From: Candidatus Krumholzibacteriia bacterium
Lineage (GTDB): Bacteria; Krumholzibacteriota; Krumholzibacteriia; Krumholzibacteriales; Krumholzibacteriaceae
Direction: 5' to 3'
Assembly (NCBI GenBank): GCA_963836185.1
Contig: CAWIIQ010000001.1
Span: forward strand, 2,240,001-2,304,000
Length of the DNA stretch: 64,000 bases
The notes under the pieces were generated by a model. The model was given only the letters and a program-made list of their open reading frames with translations. It did not search any database and was not told the origin of the DNA. Below are positions 22,797 to 32,561 of the stretch, piece by piece. A program made the translations under genes and the position numbers. The first letter of the stretch is position 1. Each line of letters starts with the position of its first letter.

Positions 22797-22825
22797 AATA
22801 TACACTTTACGAGTCCCCGTGTCAA
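22797..22825 (-). promoter_or_regulatory. sigma70-type promoter upstream of the GT2-GT4 leader
   Basis: Minus strand TTGACA, 17 bp spacer, TATATT; overlaps the stop codon of the upstream propeller gene. Confidence 0.65.
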
Positions 22826-24818
22826 TGACCAGCGGCTCTGTACCTCGTTACTCCGCCGTATCTTGTTCCTATCCACACAGTGCCCGATGGATCCTCTTCG
22901 ATCGCCAGCACATGGTCATCACCGAGACCGCTCGCGCTGTCGACATGAAGCCATCTGCCGTCTTTCAGGACATATGCCCCTCCGCCTTCGGTCCCGAGCC
23001 AGATACTTCCGTCGGTCGGTCCCTCTCAGCGCCGTCGGACGCGGGCCCTGCCTGCGCAGCGGAAGATCGATGAGCCTCCAGCCCGCCTCGGAAAGGAAGA
23101 ATATTCCTTCCTCAGTGCAGAACATGCACCTTCCCGAGCCGTCGAGCCCGATGACGGGAGCGAAGGCTCCACCCGTCCCTCCCCCCGTGAGGGCAGTATC
23201 CTGACCGAGGGATCCTCCAGAAAGATCGAGTCGGCAGGCATGACGATCGGTCCCTTCCCCGGATCCGTTCCCGCTATATCCAGTCTCTCCCAGTTCACAC
23301 CCGTGAACCCCGCGACCCTGCCTGACTGTGTCGAGACCCATACCTTCCCTGAGCGGTCGGCAGCTATCGAAGATATCCTCTCGTCCGGCAGTCCGTGCTT
23401 TCGCCTGTAATGGACCCAGCCCTCCGAAGTCGAGCCGAAGCACTCCGCTGTCGAAAGTGCCGAACCACAACTCGCCGTCGTTCCCCGCGGCGGCACAGGT
23501 AAAGTGCTCCGTCGGCAGCCCCTGCCGGCGGTCGAATACCTCCCATGAGTTCCCGTTATGATGCAGTATACCGAACCTCGTGGAGAGCCACATCCTGCCC
23601 CCCTGTTCAGGCACCAGGCCGGTCACCGCCCCTTCGAACCACTTTCCGGGCAGACCGACCGGCGTGAATCCGCCGTCGAACCTGTATACAGCCCTGCTTC
23701 CAGACATGAGGACCGTCCTGCCCGACCTTACTATCAGTCCGATCATCATATCGGGACCGCTCCCCGGCAGGACCCGTTCCCTGTACGAATCGCGCGCGAC
23801 AGAGGCTATCATCCCTCTCGAGGTACCGAGGTATGTGTTCCCCTCAAGATCGTGCCCGACGGAGAGATAATCACGCTCTCCAAGGGGGATGCCGGGAAGC
23901 CGGAGCGGCGTCCACCCGGACCCGTCCCACGTGCTGAGCCCGAAACGTCCCGCGGCCCAGACCTTTGCCTCGGCATCAAGTCCGAACTTGTAGATGTCCC
24001 TGTCGGGAAGACCCTGTCCGGGACCGTACCTGTTTACCCTGCCGAGGCTGTATTTCGCGACTCCCTGCCTCGCTACGGAGACGAACAGATCCCCTTCCTC
24101 AGCAAGTATGATATCGCGCACTCTCCCTACGGGGATCCTGCTGCCGTATCTCATCGGGGTCCAGCTGAAACTGTCCGCCCTGCAGACCCCGCTGTCCGTT
24201 CCGATCCATATCGTGTAATCACTCTGCTCGACAACGCATGTCACCCTGTCATCGAGAAGAGAGTCGGCGCGCGAAAGTATGGTCAGAGTGTCGCCGACGA
24301 CATACCCGCAGCCATGCCCCCATGTGGAGATCCAGACCTTCCCCTCGCCATGTCTCAAATCGGTGATCCGGGAGAAGAAAGGATGCTCGCTGCGCGGTAT
24401 ACCTGTCCCAGCCCCAGTCGTGCCTTATGCTGAGCCCGGCATCTCCACCGACCCATATCTCCCCGCCTTCACCTGCGGCAAGGCTCGACACCGAGGAAAG
24501 GCGCGATCCTCTCTCTGCCAGAACGGTGTCCGATCCGGGAACCCATATGAACAGGCCGCCATCTGTACCGACCCATACGGAATCGCCAGCAGCGAGGATC
24601 GCTCTCACGCCGCCGGCCGGCACAAGGACCTCGAAACGGCCGGCCGGTCTTTCGACCTTCCTGTGGACCAGCCCGCCCATGGATATCTTCACACCGGAAT
24701 CGAGCCACCCCTGTTTTTCCTCTATCTCAGACTCAGCCGCCGGCAGGACCGCGGAAAGCAGCACCGGCAGGGCAGCCAGGAAAAGGACCGGCATGACCGT
24801 CTTTGATAACTTTCTCAT
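22822..24818 (-). CDS. Secreted beta-propeller protein with two-component-regulator propeller (Reg_prop) repeats (several frameshifts)
   Basis: Signal peptide; repeated GLP...(I/V)W(I/F)GT.GG units across ORFs 24249-24818, 22919-24358 and 23026-23496, plus a final frame ending VWIGTRYGGVTRYRAAGH*. Confidence 0.78.
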
Positions 24819-24851
24819 GGTGAGAGACTTTATTACAGCGAGAGGCGCAAA

Positions 24852-26246
24852 TCAAGAAGATACGTCACCGGACTGTGCGGGCAGGGGATCGGCGAGAATT
24901 TTCTCGATAAACGCTGTCAGATCGGCGCCTGTCTCGGCTAGAATGGCATCACAAAGCTCCCTGGCCCCTATATCCCTGCCTCCGGAATCCTCCGTGTAGA
25001 GCCTTCTGATAACATCTATCAGACCGATCCGGCCGTCTGTGAGCGAAAGGATCCTCTCGTCGACCGCGCGGGCTGCCAGGTACCCTCCATCGTAGAGAAG
25101 ATTGACCATCTCCCGGTCTGAGAGGTCGTTGTTGCCCGCCATCGAAAGAGGGATCGAACCGCGCAGCGTATTCTCGAGGTACCTGCCGGTTATCGCCGAC
25201 TCAGCCGCTTCGTACTGAAGAGTGTTTATGATGCCGGCATTCAGGACTACCTTGTATGAAAAATAGACAGTCGCTCCCTCGGTGAACCACATGAATGAAT
25301 CATCGGCCGGCCTCAGGATCTCCCCGTTCCAGTTGTGGAAGAATTCGTGGGCGATGATCGACATCGGGGCCCCGTACAGTTCGCTCCTGTCGATTCCGGG
25401 ATCGAGCAGAAGGAGAACGGTCCCACCGAAATGTATCCCGTAATAGTTGAATCCCTTTCCGCCTTTGACGGGATTGTAGTCGCAGATAACGAGGTGCCTG
25501 TCCCTCGGCGATGACCCGAGCATGGCGATCTCTTCTGACACGATGCTGCGAACCGTCTCGAGGAGCTCGCCGTCACCGAAGTCCCACTGTCCGCCTACGG
25601 CGAGGTTGAGCCTGATGCCGGAAACGGACGTCTCCAGGAACCGGTACCCTCCCGCCGCGACGAGCGTCATCGGCAGATCTGACACCGACGGCACTATCAT
25701 CCTGCTGCCGGTCGTTTCCCATGGCGCCCCTATCCTCGAGGAGCCGTGGATACCGATATCGACGAGTATGCCTCCCGCCACCTGATGTTCCGGCTGGACG
25801 AAGAGATCCCTCCCCATCAGCCGCGACCTGTCCTGACCGAGATGGCTCAGCATCCCTCTCACCTCGGGCGTATAACTGTCCTCTATCGTCATGACCAGGT
25901 CGTACCGCAGGGTAAAGTCGCCGTTCCCGCACCTGATTTCCCATCTGTCCGGGCCTGCCTCGATCTCGAGCGGAAGGCCGTCAGCACTGAAGGCCTCGAT
26001 CCCGATAGGCTCGAGCCTTCCTCCCACGTCATTCTCGAGGGCGGAGAAAGCGAATTTTCTGCCGGTCCGGCCGAAAACCTTTCCCTCCACGGTGATGACA
26101 TTCAGTGCCGGGTCTTTCATGCAGACCGACCACTGGATGATCGGATCGGGAGCCGCGGAGTATGGCAGGGTAAGGGACACCATGACGAGACTCGATGCAA
26201 ACAAACCAGTTGCGACGATCCTGGATATACTTTTATACAGTTCCAT
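24852..26246 (-). CDS. Secreted M61/M1-like zinc metallopeptidase
   Basis: IAHEFFHNWNG...WFTEGATVYF and Y..G motifs. Confidence 0.82.
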   Translation of the reverse strand: MELYKSISRIVATGLFASSLVMVSLTLPYSAAPDPIIQWSVCMKDPALNVITVEGKVFGRTGRKFAFSALENDVGGRLEPIGIEAFSADGLPLEIEAGPDRWEIRCGNGDFTLRYDLVMTIEDSYTPEVRGMLSHLGQDRSRLMGRDLFVQPEHQVAGGILVDIGIHGSSRIGAPWETTGSRMIVPSVSDLPMTLVAAGGYRFLETSVSGIRLNLAVGGQWDFGDGELLETVRSIVSEEIAMLGSSPRDRHLVICDYNPVKGGKGFNYYGIHFGGTVLLLLDPGIDRSELYGAPMSIIAHEFFHNWNGEILRPADDSFMWFTEGATVYFSYKVVLNAGIINTLQYEAAESAITGRYLENTLRGSIPLSMAGNNDLSDREMVNLLYDGGYLAARAVDERILSLTDGRIGLIDVIRRLYTEDSGGRDIGARELCDAILAETGADLTAFIEKILADPLPAQSGDVSS

Positions 26247-26389
26247 CTATCAGAGGCCTCCAACGGACAGTCCTGCGGCGGGACCGTTCGGCGGCAGTCG
26301 GCTTGACCAGGTCATTTTATGCCCATGCTGATTGCAAGGTACATTCCAGCTTCTTGACCATCCCGGAGCCTGTAACGTATTCTTCCCGC

Positions 26390-27178
26390 ATGAACGGGTT
26401 TATTGACAAGGCGGCCTCGGTCCTTGCCCGCTCGAAAAGAGCGGCCGCGCTCACCGGCGCGGGCATTTCGAAAGAGAGCGGGATCCCTACATTCAGGGAT
26501 GCCGATGGAGTATGGGGGAAATACAGGCCGGAGGACCTCGCCACACTCGAGGGATTCCTCTCCGACCCCGGCCTCGTCTGGCGGTGGTACATGGAGAGGC
26601 TCTTCTCCGCGCGGACGAATAGACCCAACCCCGGTCACTACGCCCTTGCACGCCTGGAAAAGATCCTGCCCCGCTTCGTCCTGGTGACCCAGAACATAGA
26701 TGACCTGCACAGAAAAGCCGGAAGCTCGGACCTGGTCGAACTCCATGGAAACATTGAAGCATTCAGATGCCTCGATGCCGGTCACCCTGCGGAGTACGAT
26801 CCGGATTGGGGAGATGAACCACCGCTCTGCCACTGCGGATCGCTCATCAGGCCCGGCGTGGTCTGGTTCGGAGAGCCGCTTCCGGAGAAAGATATCGAGA
26901 GGGGTTTCCGTGAATCGGAAAGATGCGACGTGATGCTTGTCGCCGGGACATCCGGCCTCGTGACGCCGGCCTCTCTTCTTCCCCTCGCAGCGAAAGACGC
27001 GGGCGCCGTGGTAATCGAGGTGAACACCGAACGCACAGCGTTCACTCCCCTGGCGGATATTTTCCTGAAAGGCCGCAGCGGCGAAATGCTTCCCAGCCTC
27101 GTCTCGAGAACGGAGGATATGATCGGGGAGACCGGCGGCACGCGGCCATCAGACCCCGAGACGCCTGCGGATCTCTGA
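26390..27178 (+). CDS. cobB: NAD-dependent protein deacylase (sirtuin class III)
   Basis: TGAGISKESGIPTFR, TQNIDDLH, ELHGN, RPGVVWFGE, GTSG. Confidence 0.95.
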   Translation: MNGFIDKAASVLARSKRAAALTGAGISKESGIPTFRDADGVWGKYRPEDLATLEGFLSDPGLVWRWYMERLFSARTNRPNPGHYALARLEKILPRFVLVTQNIDDLHRKAGSSDLVELHGNIEAFRCLDAGHPAEYDPDWGDEPPLCHCGSLIRPGVVWFGEPLPEKDIERGFRESERCDVMLVAGTSGLVTPASLLPLAAKDAGAVVIEVNTERTAFTPLADIFLKGRSGEMLPSLVSRTEDMIGETGGTRPSDPETPADL

Positions 27179-28327
27179 GATGTCGCTGCCGACCTGATCG
27201 ACAACGCTTTTTAACGCTTCGTCCTCTTCCCCCGACCTCTCCTTCATGGTGATCCAGGCCCACCACGCGAGTATCAGGGACATCCAGATTCCACCAACGG
27301 CGAATGATACGAGTATAAAGGCCCAGCGCGGGATGCCGGCCCGCTTTTCAGGCACTCCCGGCGGATCGACGACCTGAACGGACGAAGTGGTCCTGGCAAG
27401 GTCGATCCCGCTTTCTTCGTGCTTCTGCAGCAGGAAGGAATAGACCCTCTCGTTGACTTCTATTTCCCTTTTAAGCGCGGCATATTCCTGGTGGAGGGCG
27501 GGAATCTTTTCGAAGGGAAGAAATACCGTTATAACGGTATCGCCCTTGACGATCATTCCCAGCTGCTTGTTTATATTCTGTAGTTCGAGTCTTTTCTTGC
27601 CCAGCTCTATCGCGTCATCCCTGGAGAACTCTCGCATTATGTCGATCTGGATAGATATGATCGCTGCCTGGACCTTGAGGGCGCTGGCCACATCTATCGC
27701 GCCGCGGATCTGCTCATCGAAACTTACTATCCCATGCTCTTCCTGGAACGCAGCGATCCGGGCCCTCGATTTCGCGAGACGGAGCCTGTACTCCTCTATC
27801 TGCTTCCTGGTGAATACCAGCGTACCCTCCGCCCTCTCCCTGAGAAGGCTGTGGTTGATCGAATCGAGGCTGGAAATATGGTGAAGGGCGATCTTCATCG
27901 CCATCTCGGGATTCCTGTCACGGGCCTTGAGAGTGATTATCCCCACGTTGGATGTTCCGGTCGAGATCGATCCCCGGAGCCTCCTGACGGCATCATCCAT
28001 CGAGCCGACACCGTACCACTCTATCAATCCGAGGTCGGTGACCACCTTCTCCGCGATCCCCCTGCCGCTGAGGATATCGACCATCACCGCGGCCGACATC
28101 GAGCCGCCGCTCAACGGAGAGATCATCGAAGGAAGGTTCATCGAAGCCATCCAGGCGGTGAGGAGCCCCTCCCCTCCTTCCTCGACGGGCGGCATGAGCA
28201 GTGCCCGGGATTCATACGCCGGGTCAGCGACAAGGATGTACAGCGATCCCGCGACAGCAAAGACAACGGCGGCGGCAAGTATCATCCGCCTTCTCTTTAT
28301 CAGATAGTCCAACAGCCTGAATCCCAT
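27149..28327 (-). CDS. Polysaccharide co-polymerase (Wzz/GumC-like)
   Basis: N- and C-terminal TMs, a periplasmic coiled coil, and VQVVDPP before TM2. Confidence 0.8.
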   Translation of the reverse strand: MGFRLLDYLIKRRRMILAAAVVFAVAGSLYILVADPAYESRALLMPPVEEGGEGLLTAWMASMNLPSMISPLSGGSMSAAVMVDILSGRGIAEKVVTDLGLIEWYGVGSMDDAVRRLRGSISTGTSNVGIITLKARDRNPEMAMKIALHHISSLDSINHSLLRERAEGTLVFTRKQIEEYRLRLAKSRARIAAFQEEHGIVSFDEQIRGAIDVASALKVQAAIISIQIDIMREFSRDDAIELGKKRLELQNINKQLGMIVKGDTVITVFLPFEKIPALHQEYAALKREIEVNERVYSFLLQKHEESGIDLARTTSSVQVVDPPGVPEKRAGIPRWAFILVSFAVGGIWMSLILAWWAWITMKERSGEEDEALKSVVDQVGSDISEIRRRLGV

Positions 28328-28355
28328 CGGGACACCTTTCGCATGGCGGGACCGG

Positions 28356-28703
28356 TCACCCGCTGAAAAGTTCCTCCATCCTGGCGGCGGCACGCCTCAG
28401 ATGCGGGATAACGATCGAGCCGCCGACGATCAGGGCCACGTTAAAAGCCTCGTAGAACTGCTCCTTCGTGACACCCTCTTCGAAACATCTGGCAATATGA
28501 TAGTTTACGCAGTCATCGCACCTCAGCACCATCGAAGACGCCAGCCCCATCAGTTCCTTGGTCATCGCGTCGAGGGCACCGTCGGCGTACGCCTGAGTGT
28601 CGAGAGCGAAGAATCTCTTTATCCCCATATGGTCTGATGAAAGGACGGTCTCGTTGAGCCGGTCCCTTTCCACGTCGAACTCTTTTCTCCAGTCTCCTGA
28701 CAT
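28356..28703 (-). CDS. Carboxymuconolactone decarboxylase/AhpD-like protein
   Basis: GALD..TKELMGL.AS.VLRCDDCVNYH. Confidence 0.9.
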   Translation of the reverse strand: MSGDWRKEFDVERDRLNETVLSSDHMGIKRFFALDTQAYADGALDAMTKELMGLASSMVLRCDDCVNYHIARCFEEGVTKEQFYEAFNVALIVGGSIVIPHLRRAAARMEELFSG

Positions 28704-28731
28704 CTTCGACGACCTCCATCCGACCCGGCGA

Positions 28732-29958
28732 TCAGACCGGGAGGAGCCTCATGTATTTCTTCTTCCCTGCCCTGAGAAGCACGAATCCCTCTTCGATATC
28801 TCCTGCTGTGATCTTCTCGTCGAACTCCTCGATCCGCCGGCCGTTGACGTACGCGCCTCCCTGCTGGATGAGGCGCCTCGCTTCCCCGCGTGATCTTACC
28901 AGTCCGGCATCGGAAAAGAGAACGAAAACAGGCACTCCCTCCTCCAGCTTTGCCTTTTCGAATTCGACCGTCGGAACCGCGTCTCCAGCGGGCGCTCCCC
29001 CTTCGGAGAAAAGGGCCTTCGATGCCTCTCGGGCCTCGGCGGCCGCTTCATCCCCGTGCAGGATGGCGGTGCACTCCCGGGCGAGGACCTCCTTGGCCTC
29101 CCGTATTTCCGCTCCCTCGAGAGATGAGAGCCGCCGCACCTCGTCCATCGGAAGAAAGGTGAACAGCGCGAGGAACTTTCCTACATCCCTGTCATCAGTA
29201 TTGATCCAGTACTGATAGTAATCGTACGGGGAGGTGCGCTGAGGATCGAGCCACACTGCGCCCTTCTCCGTCTTGCCCATCTTGCTTCCCGACGCGGTGG
29301 TCAGGAGAGGGAAGGTAAGCGCCTCCGCGTCCCCTCCTTCTACCCTTCGTATAAGGTCGGTGCCGGCGAGGATGTTTCCCCACTGGTCGTTCCCGCCCAT
29401 CTGCAGCGTGCAGTCTTTATCCCTGAAGAGGTGCAGGAAATCGTACGCCTGCAGGAGCATGTAGTTGAATTCTATGAAATTCAGGCCGGTTTCGAGTCTC
29501 ATCCGGTAACTCTCGGCGGCAAGCATCTTGTTCACGCTGAAGTGCCGCCCGATATCACGCAGGAATTCGATGAAGTTCAGCGGCATGAGCCATTCGGCGT
29601 TGTTGAGCATAAGCGCCCTGCCGCCGGAAAAATCGAGGAAGTGAGATAGCTGCTTCTTCAGCCCCTCGGCGTTCGCTTCGATCCTTTCAGGCGTCATCAG
29701 CTGCCTCAGCTCGGTCTTTCCGCTCGGATCGCCTATCATCGCGGTACCGCCGCCGACGAGCGCGATGACGCGGTGCCCCGCCCGCTGCATGTGGGCAAGC
29801 GCCATTATCGGCACCAGGCTGCCGCAGTGGAAACTGTCCGATGTCGGATCGAAACCGATGTAACAGGTGAGCGGGCTTTCCAGCATCTCCTTCACCCTGC
29901 CGGTGTCAGAGCACTGCTCGATCAGTCCCCTCTCCTCGAAAATATCGTATACGTTCAT
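28732..29958 (-). CDS. tyrS: Tyrosyl-tRNA synthetase
   Basis: YIGFDPT..HCGS (HIGH variant), GDPSGK, QMGGNDQWGNI, KMGKT and a C-terminal S4 domain; start placed at MNVYD. Confidence 0.97.
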   Translation of the reverse strand: MNVYDIFEERGLIEQCSDTGRVKEMLESPLTCYIGFDPTSDSFHCGSLVPIMALAHMQRAGHRVIALVGGGTAMIGDPSGKTELRQLMTPERIEANAEGLKKQLSHFLDFSGGRALMLNNAEWLMPLNFIEFLRDIGRHFSVNKMLAAESYRMRLETGLNFIEFNYMLLQAYDFLHLFRDKDCTLQMGGNDQWGNILAGTDLIRRVEGGDAEALTFPLLTTASGSKMGKTEKGAVWLDPQRTSPYDYYQYWINTDDRDVGKFLALFTFLPMDEVRRLSSLEGAEIREAKEVLARECTAILHGDEAAAEAREASKALFSEGGAPAGDAVPTVEFEKAKLEEGVPVFVLFSDAGLVRSRGEARRLIQQGGAYVNGRRIEEFDEKITAGDIEEGFVLLRAGKKKYMRLLPV

Positions 29959-30129
29959 CCTCTGTTCTCCGTTAAAGTCTTTCATCGGACCGCGTCGCAG
30001 AATGATAACACGGCAAAGAGAGGTCCGACACTGGTTTTTTGCCGAATAGGTCTTGAACTGACCGACCTCTTCAATATACTGGCGGGAAACAGTCGTATTG
30101 AAAAGATGATTCAATGAAAGGAACGACCG

Positions 30130-31224
30130 ATGATGAGACAGGCAGCCGCGATCATCCTGGCGGCGCTGCTGTGCGCGGCGCCCTGCGGGGCGCAGAAAGC
30201 GGCGGAATCAGCCGCGGACCCAGCGGTGGAGGAACTTCGGGATTTCGATGAGAGCCTGCGTCACAGGCTCGATATCCTGGAGAAGAAGATCGACGACCTT
30301 CTCTGGTTCGAGAGGGTCGATGACGCCGCCTTTATCGACAAGGTCTATATAACGGGGCCTCCACTTCGCGAGGAGAAGAACCCTACCGCCCAGGGCGCCG
30401 GCAACCCGGTCAAGTTCTGGGCATATATCTTCGTTCCGCGCGATACCGATATGTCGAAGAAATATCCCCTTATCGTATTCCCTCACGGAGGCGTGCACGC
30501 CAGCTTCGTCACATATTACACGCATATCATAAGGGAACTGATGGCTCAGGGATATATAGTCGTGGCTCCCGAGTACAGGGGAAGCACCGGATATGGAAGA
30601 TCGCACTACGAGAAGATAGATTACGGCGGCCTCGAGACGGAGGATGTATGGTCGAGCAGAAACTTCATGATCGAAAATTATCATTTCGTCGACAGCAAGA
30701 GAGTCGGGATAATCGGCTGGAGTCATGGCGGCCTTATCGCGCTGCATAACATATTCGACCATCCCGGCGATTATAATGTCGCCTTCGCCGGCGTCCCGGT
30801 AAGCGATCTTATTGCCCGCATGGGATACAAGACGCAGGAGTACAGGGACCTCTACTCGGTCGACTACCATATCGGCAAGACAGCGTACGAGGACGTCAAC
30901 GAGTACAGGCGCCGTTCTCCGGCATGGAACGCTCACAAGCTCAGCACCCCGCTGCTGATACATACGAATACAACCGACGCAGACGTGAACGTCTTCGAGG
31001 TCGAACACCTCATAAAAGCACTCAAGGCCGAGGGGAAAAAGTTCGAATACGAGATATACAAAGCGGTCCCCGGCGGGCATTCATTCGACAGGATGGACAC
31101 AAAAGAAGCGAGAGAGATCAGGCTCAAGATATGGCAGTTCCTCGCAAAGCACCTTGATCCACCGGTACAATTCGAAACTGTCGATGACATCAACAAGGCT
31201 TCATACGAGAAGCAGGGGGACTGA
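30130..31224 (+). CDS. Secreted S9-family (prolyl oligopeptidase-like) serine peptidase
   Basis: Signal peptide; HGG, YRGSTGYG, GWSHGG nucleophile elbow and GGHSF. Confidence 0.88.
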   Translation: MMRQAAAIILAALLCAAPCGAQKAAESAADPAVEELRDFDESLRHRLDILEKKIDDLLWFERVDDAAFIDKVYITGPPLREEKNPTAQGAGNPVKFWAYIFVPRDTDMSKKYPLIVFPHGGVHASFVTYYTHIIRELMAQGYIVVAPEYRGSTGYGRSHYEKIDYGGLETEDVWSSRNFMIENYHFVDSKRVGIIGWSHGGLIALHNIFDHPGDYNVAFAGVPVSDLIARMGYKTQEYRDLYSVDYHIGKTAYEDVNEYRRRSPAWNAHKLSTPLLIHTNTTDADVNVFEVEHLIKALKAEGKKFEYEIYKAVPGGHSFDRMDTKEAREIRLKIWQFLAKHLDPPVQFETVDDINKASYEKQGD

Positions 31225-31227
31225 GCG

Positions 31228-32085
31228 ATGGACTCAGCCGGCCAGATCGTCTACCTGGACGGGGACTTCGTTCCCGTCGATAAAGCAGCCGTCTCACCCC
31301 TTGACCGCGGCTTCCTTTTCGCCGACGGCGTCTATGAGGTATTACGGTCGTACAGAGGCTCTCTCTTCGAGCAGAAGGCCCATATCGAGAGGCTGCGCCG
31401 CAGTCTGCGTGAGATCAGGATCTCTCAGGGCGCCGCGGAAGGGATAGAGGAGATCTTTCCCATGCTGCTCGAAAGCAACGGGCTCTCGGATTCGGAAGCA
31501 CTTGTCTACCTGCAGATCACAAGGGGCGCCGCGCCCCGTTCGCACCAGTTCCCCGGCAGGGAAACAGCTCCGACCGTCTACGCCCATGCAGTCCCCTTCG
31601 AGCCGCTGACAAGTCAGCGTGACACCGGCATTCCCGTGATCCTTGTCCCCGACACGAGATGGAGCAGATGCGACATCAAGTCGATCGCCCTCTTGCCGAA
31701 CATCCTCGCCAGACAGATGGCCGAGGATGCGGGGGCCGGCGAAGCTGTATTCATTCGCAACGGCATGGTGACCGAAGGATCGTCATCGACATTCTGCGCC
31801 GTTTTCAGCGGAACTGTCGTGACACATCCCGAATCGAACGTCGTCCTCTCGGGGATAACGAAGAGGGTCGTCTTCGAACTCTGCGCGCGTACCGGGATTC
31901 CCGTCGCTGAGAGACCGTTCAGGGAGGATGAACTTTCCCGCGCGGCGGAGATGATGCTGCTCAGCACTACGCGGGAAGTCATGCCTGTCGTTTCGGTGGA
32001 TGGCATGAAGGTCGGAGACGGGACCCCGGGTCAGCTCACGAGAAAGCTCCAGGCGGCATTCTCCGAGGTCATCCGTTCTCTCTGA
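31228..32085 (+). CDS. dat: D-amino acid aminotransferase (PLP fold IV)
   Basis: DRGFLFADGVYEV, YLQITRG.APRSH, RW.RCDIKSIALL, LSGIT. Confidence 0.88.
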   Translation: MDSAGQIVYLDGDFVPVDKAAVSPLDRGFLFADGVYEVLRSYRGSLFEQKAHIERLRRSLREIRISQGAAEGIEEIFPMLLESNGLSDSEALVYLQITRGAAPRSHQFPGRETAPTVYAHAVPFEPLTSQRDTGIPVILVPDTRWSRCDIKSIALLPNILARQMAEDAGAGEAVFIRNGMVTEGSSSTFCAVFSGTVVTHPESNVVLSGITKRVVFELCARTGIPVAERPFREDELSRAAEMMLLSTTREVMPVVSVDGMKVGDGTPGQLTRKLQAAFSEVIRSL

Positions 32086-32561
32086 CGGCGGCGGATCTCG
32101 TCACTTCGCCGCCGGCAAGCCGGACGAAGACATCGAATATGCCGGCACTGTCAGTGCGAAATAGATGGGATGAGCAGCCGCAGTCTGAGGACCCGAATCC
32201 CGGCACCACTTCCTCGACCCCCTCGATACCGGCCAGGATACCGGCCCAATCGTGTTCGAACCTCTCCTCCGATTCTATATACCACACTTCCGAGAGGTAT
32301 CCGGCAAACCCAAGATAATCAATGTGCCATTTCGGAAGCTTCAGCGAATCGGGAATGGTGGGCGATCCTGGCGGCCAGCCCGCCCGGGCCGAGAGCGCTT
32401 CCGCAGTAGAGATATATGCCCGCGGGGAAGGTCAGCTCACCGAGTGCTCCGACATCGATAACGGTTTCCCAGTGGACCTTGAGATGAAGCACATAGGTAC
32501 CGTGGGAGTCGGGTATATCGAAACGGTCCTGGTGGCCGCTCCCGCAGTGGCGCGCGCTCAT
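32069..32561 (-). CDS. DUF123 / Uri-superfamily (GIY-YIG) nuclease-like protein (frameshifted)
   Basis: [24 protein letters not shown], then WHIDYL and [14 protein letters not shown] in other frames. Confidence 0.8.

Noticed and set aside
29959-30129. T-box riboswitch upstream of tyrS
   Set aside because: The region is short and shared with a divergent gene, with no T-box consensus or terminator.
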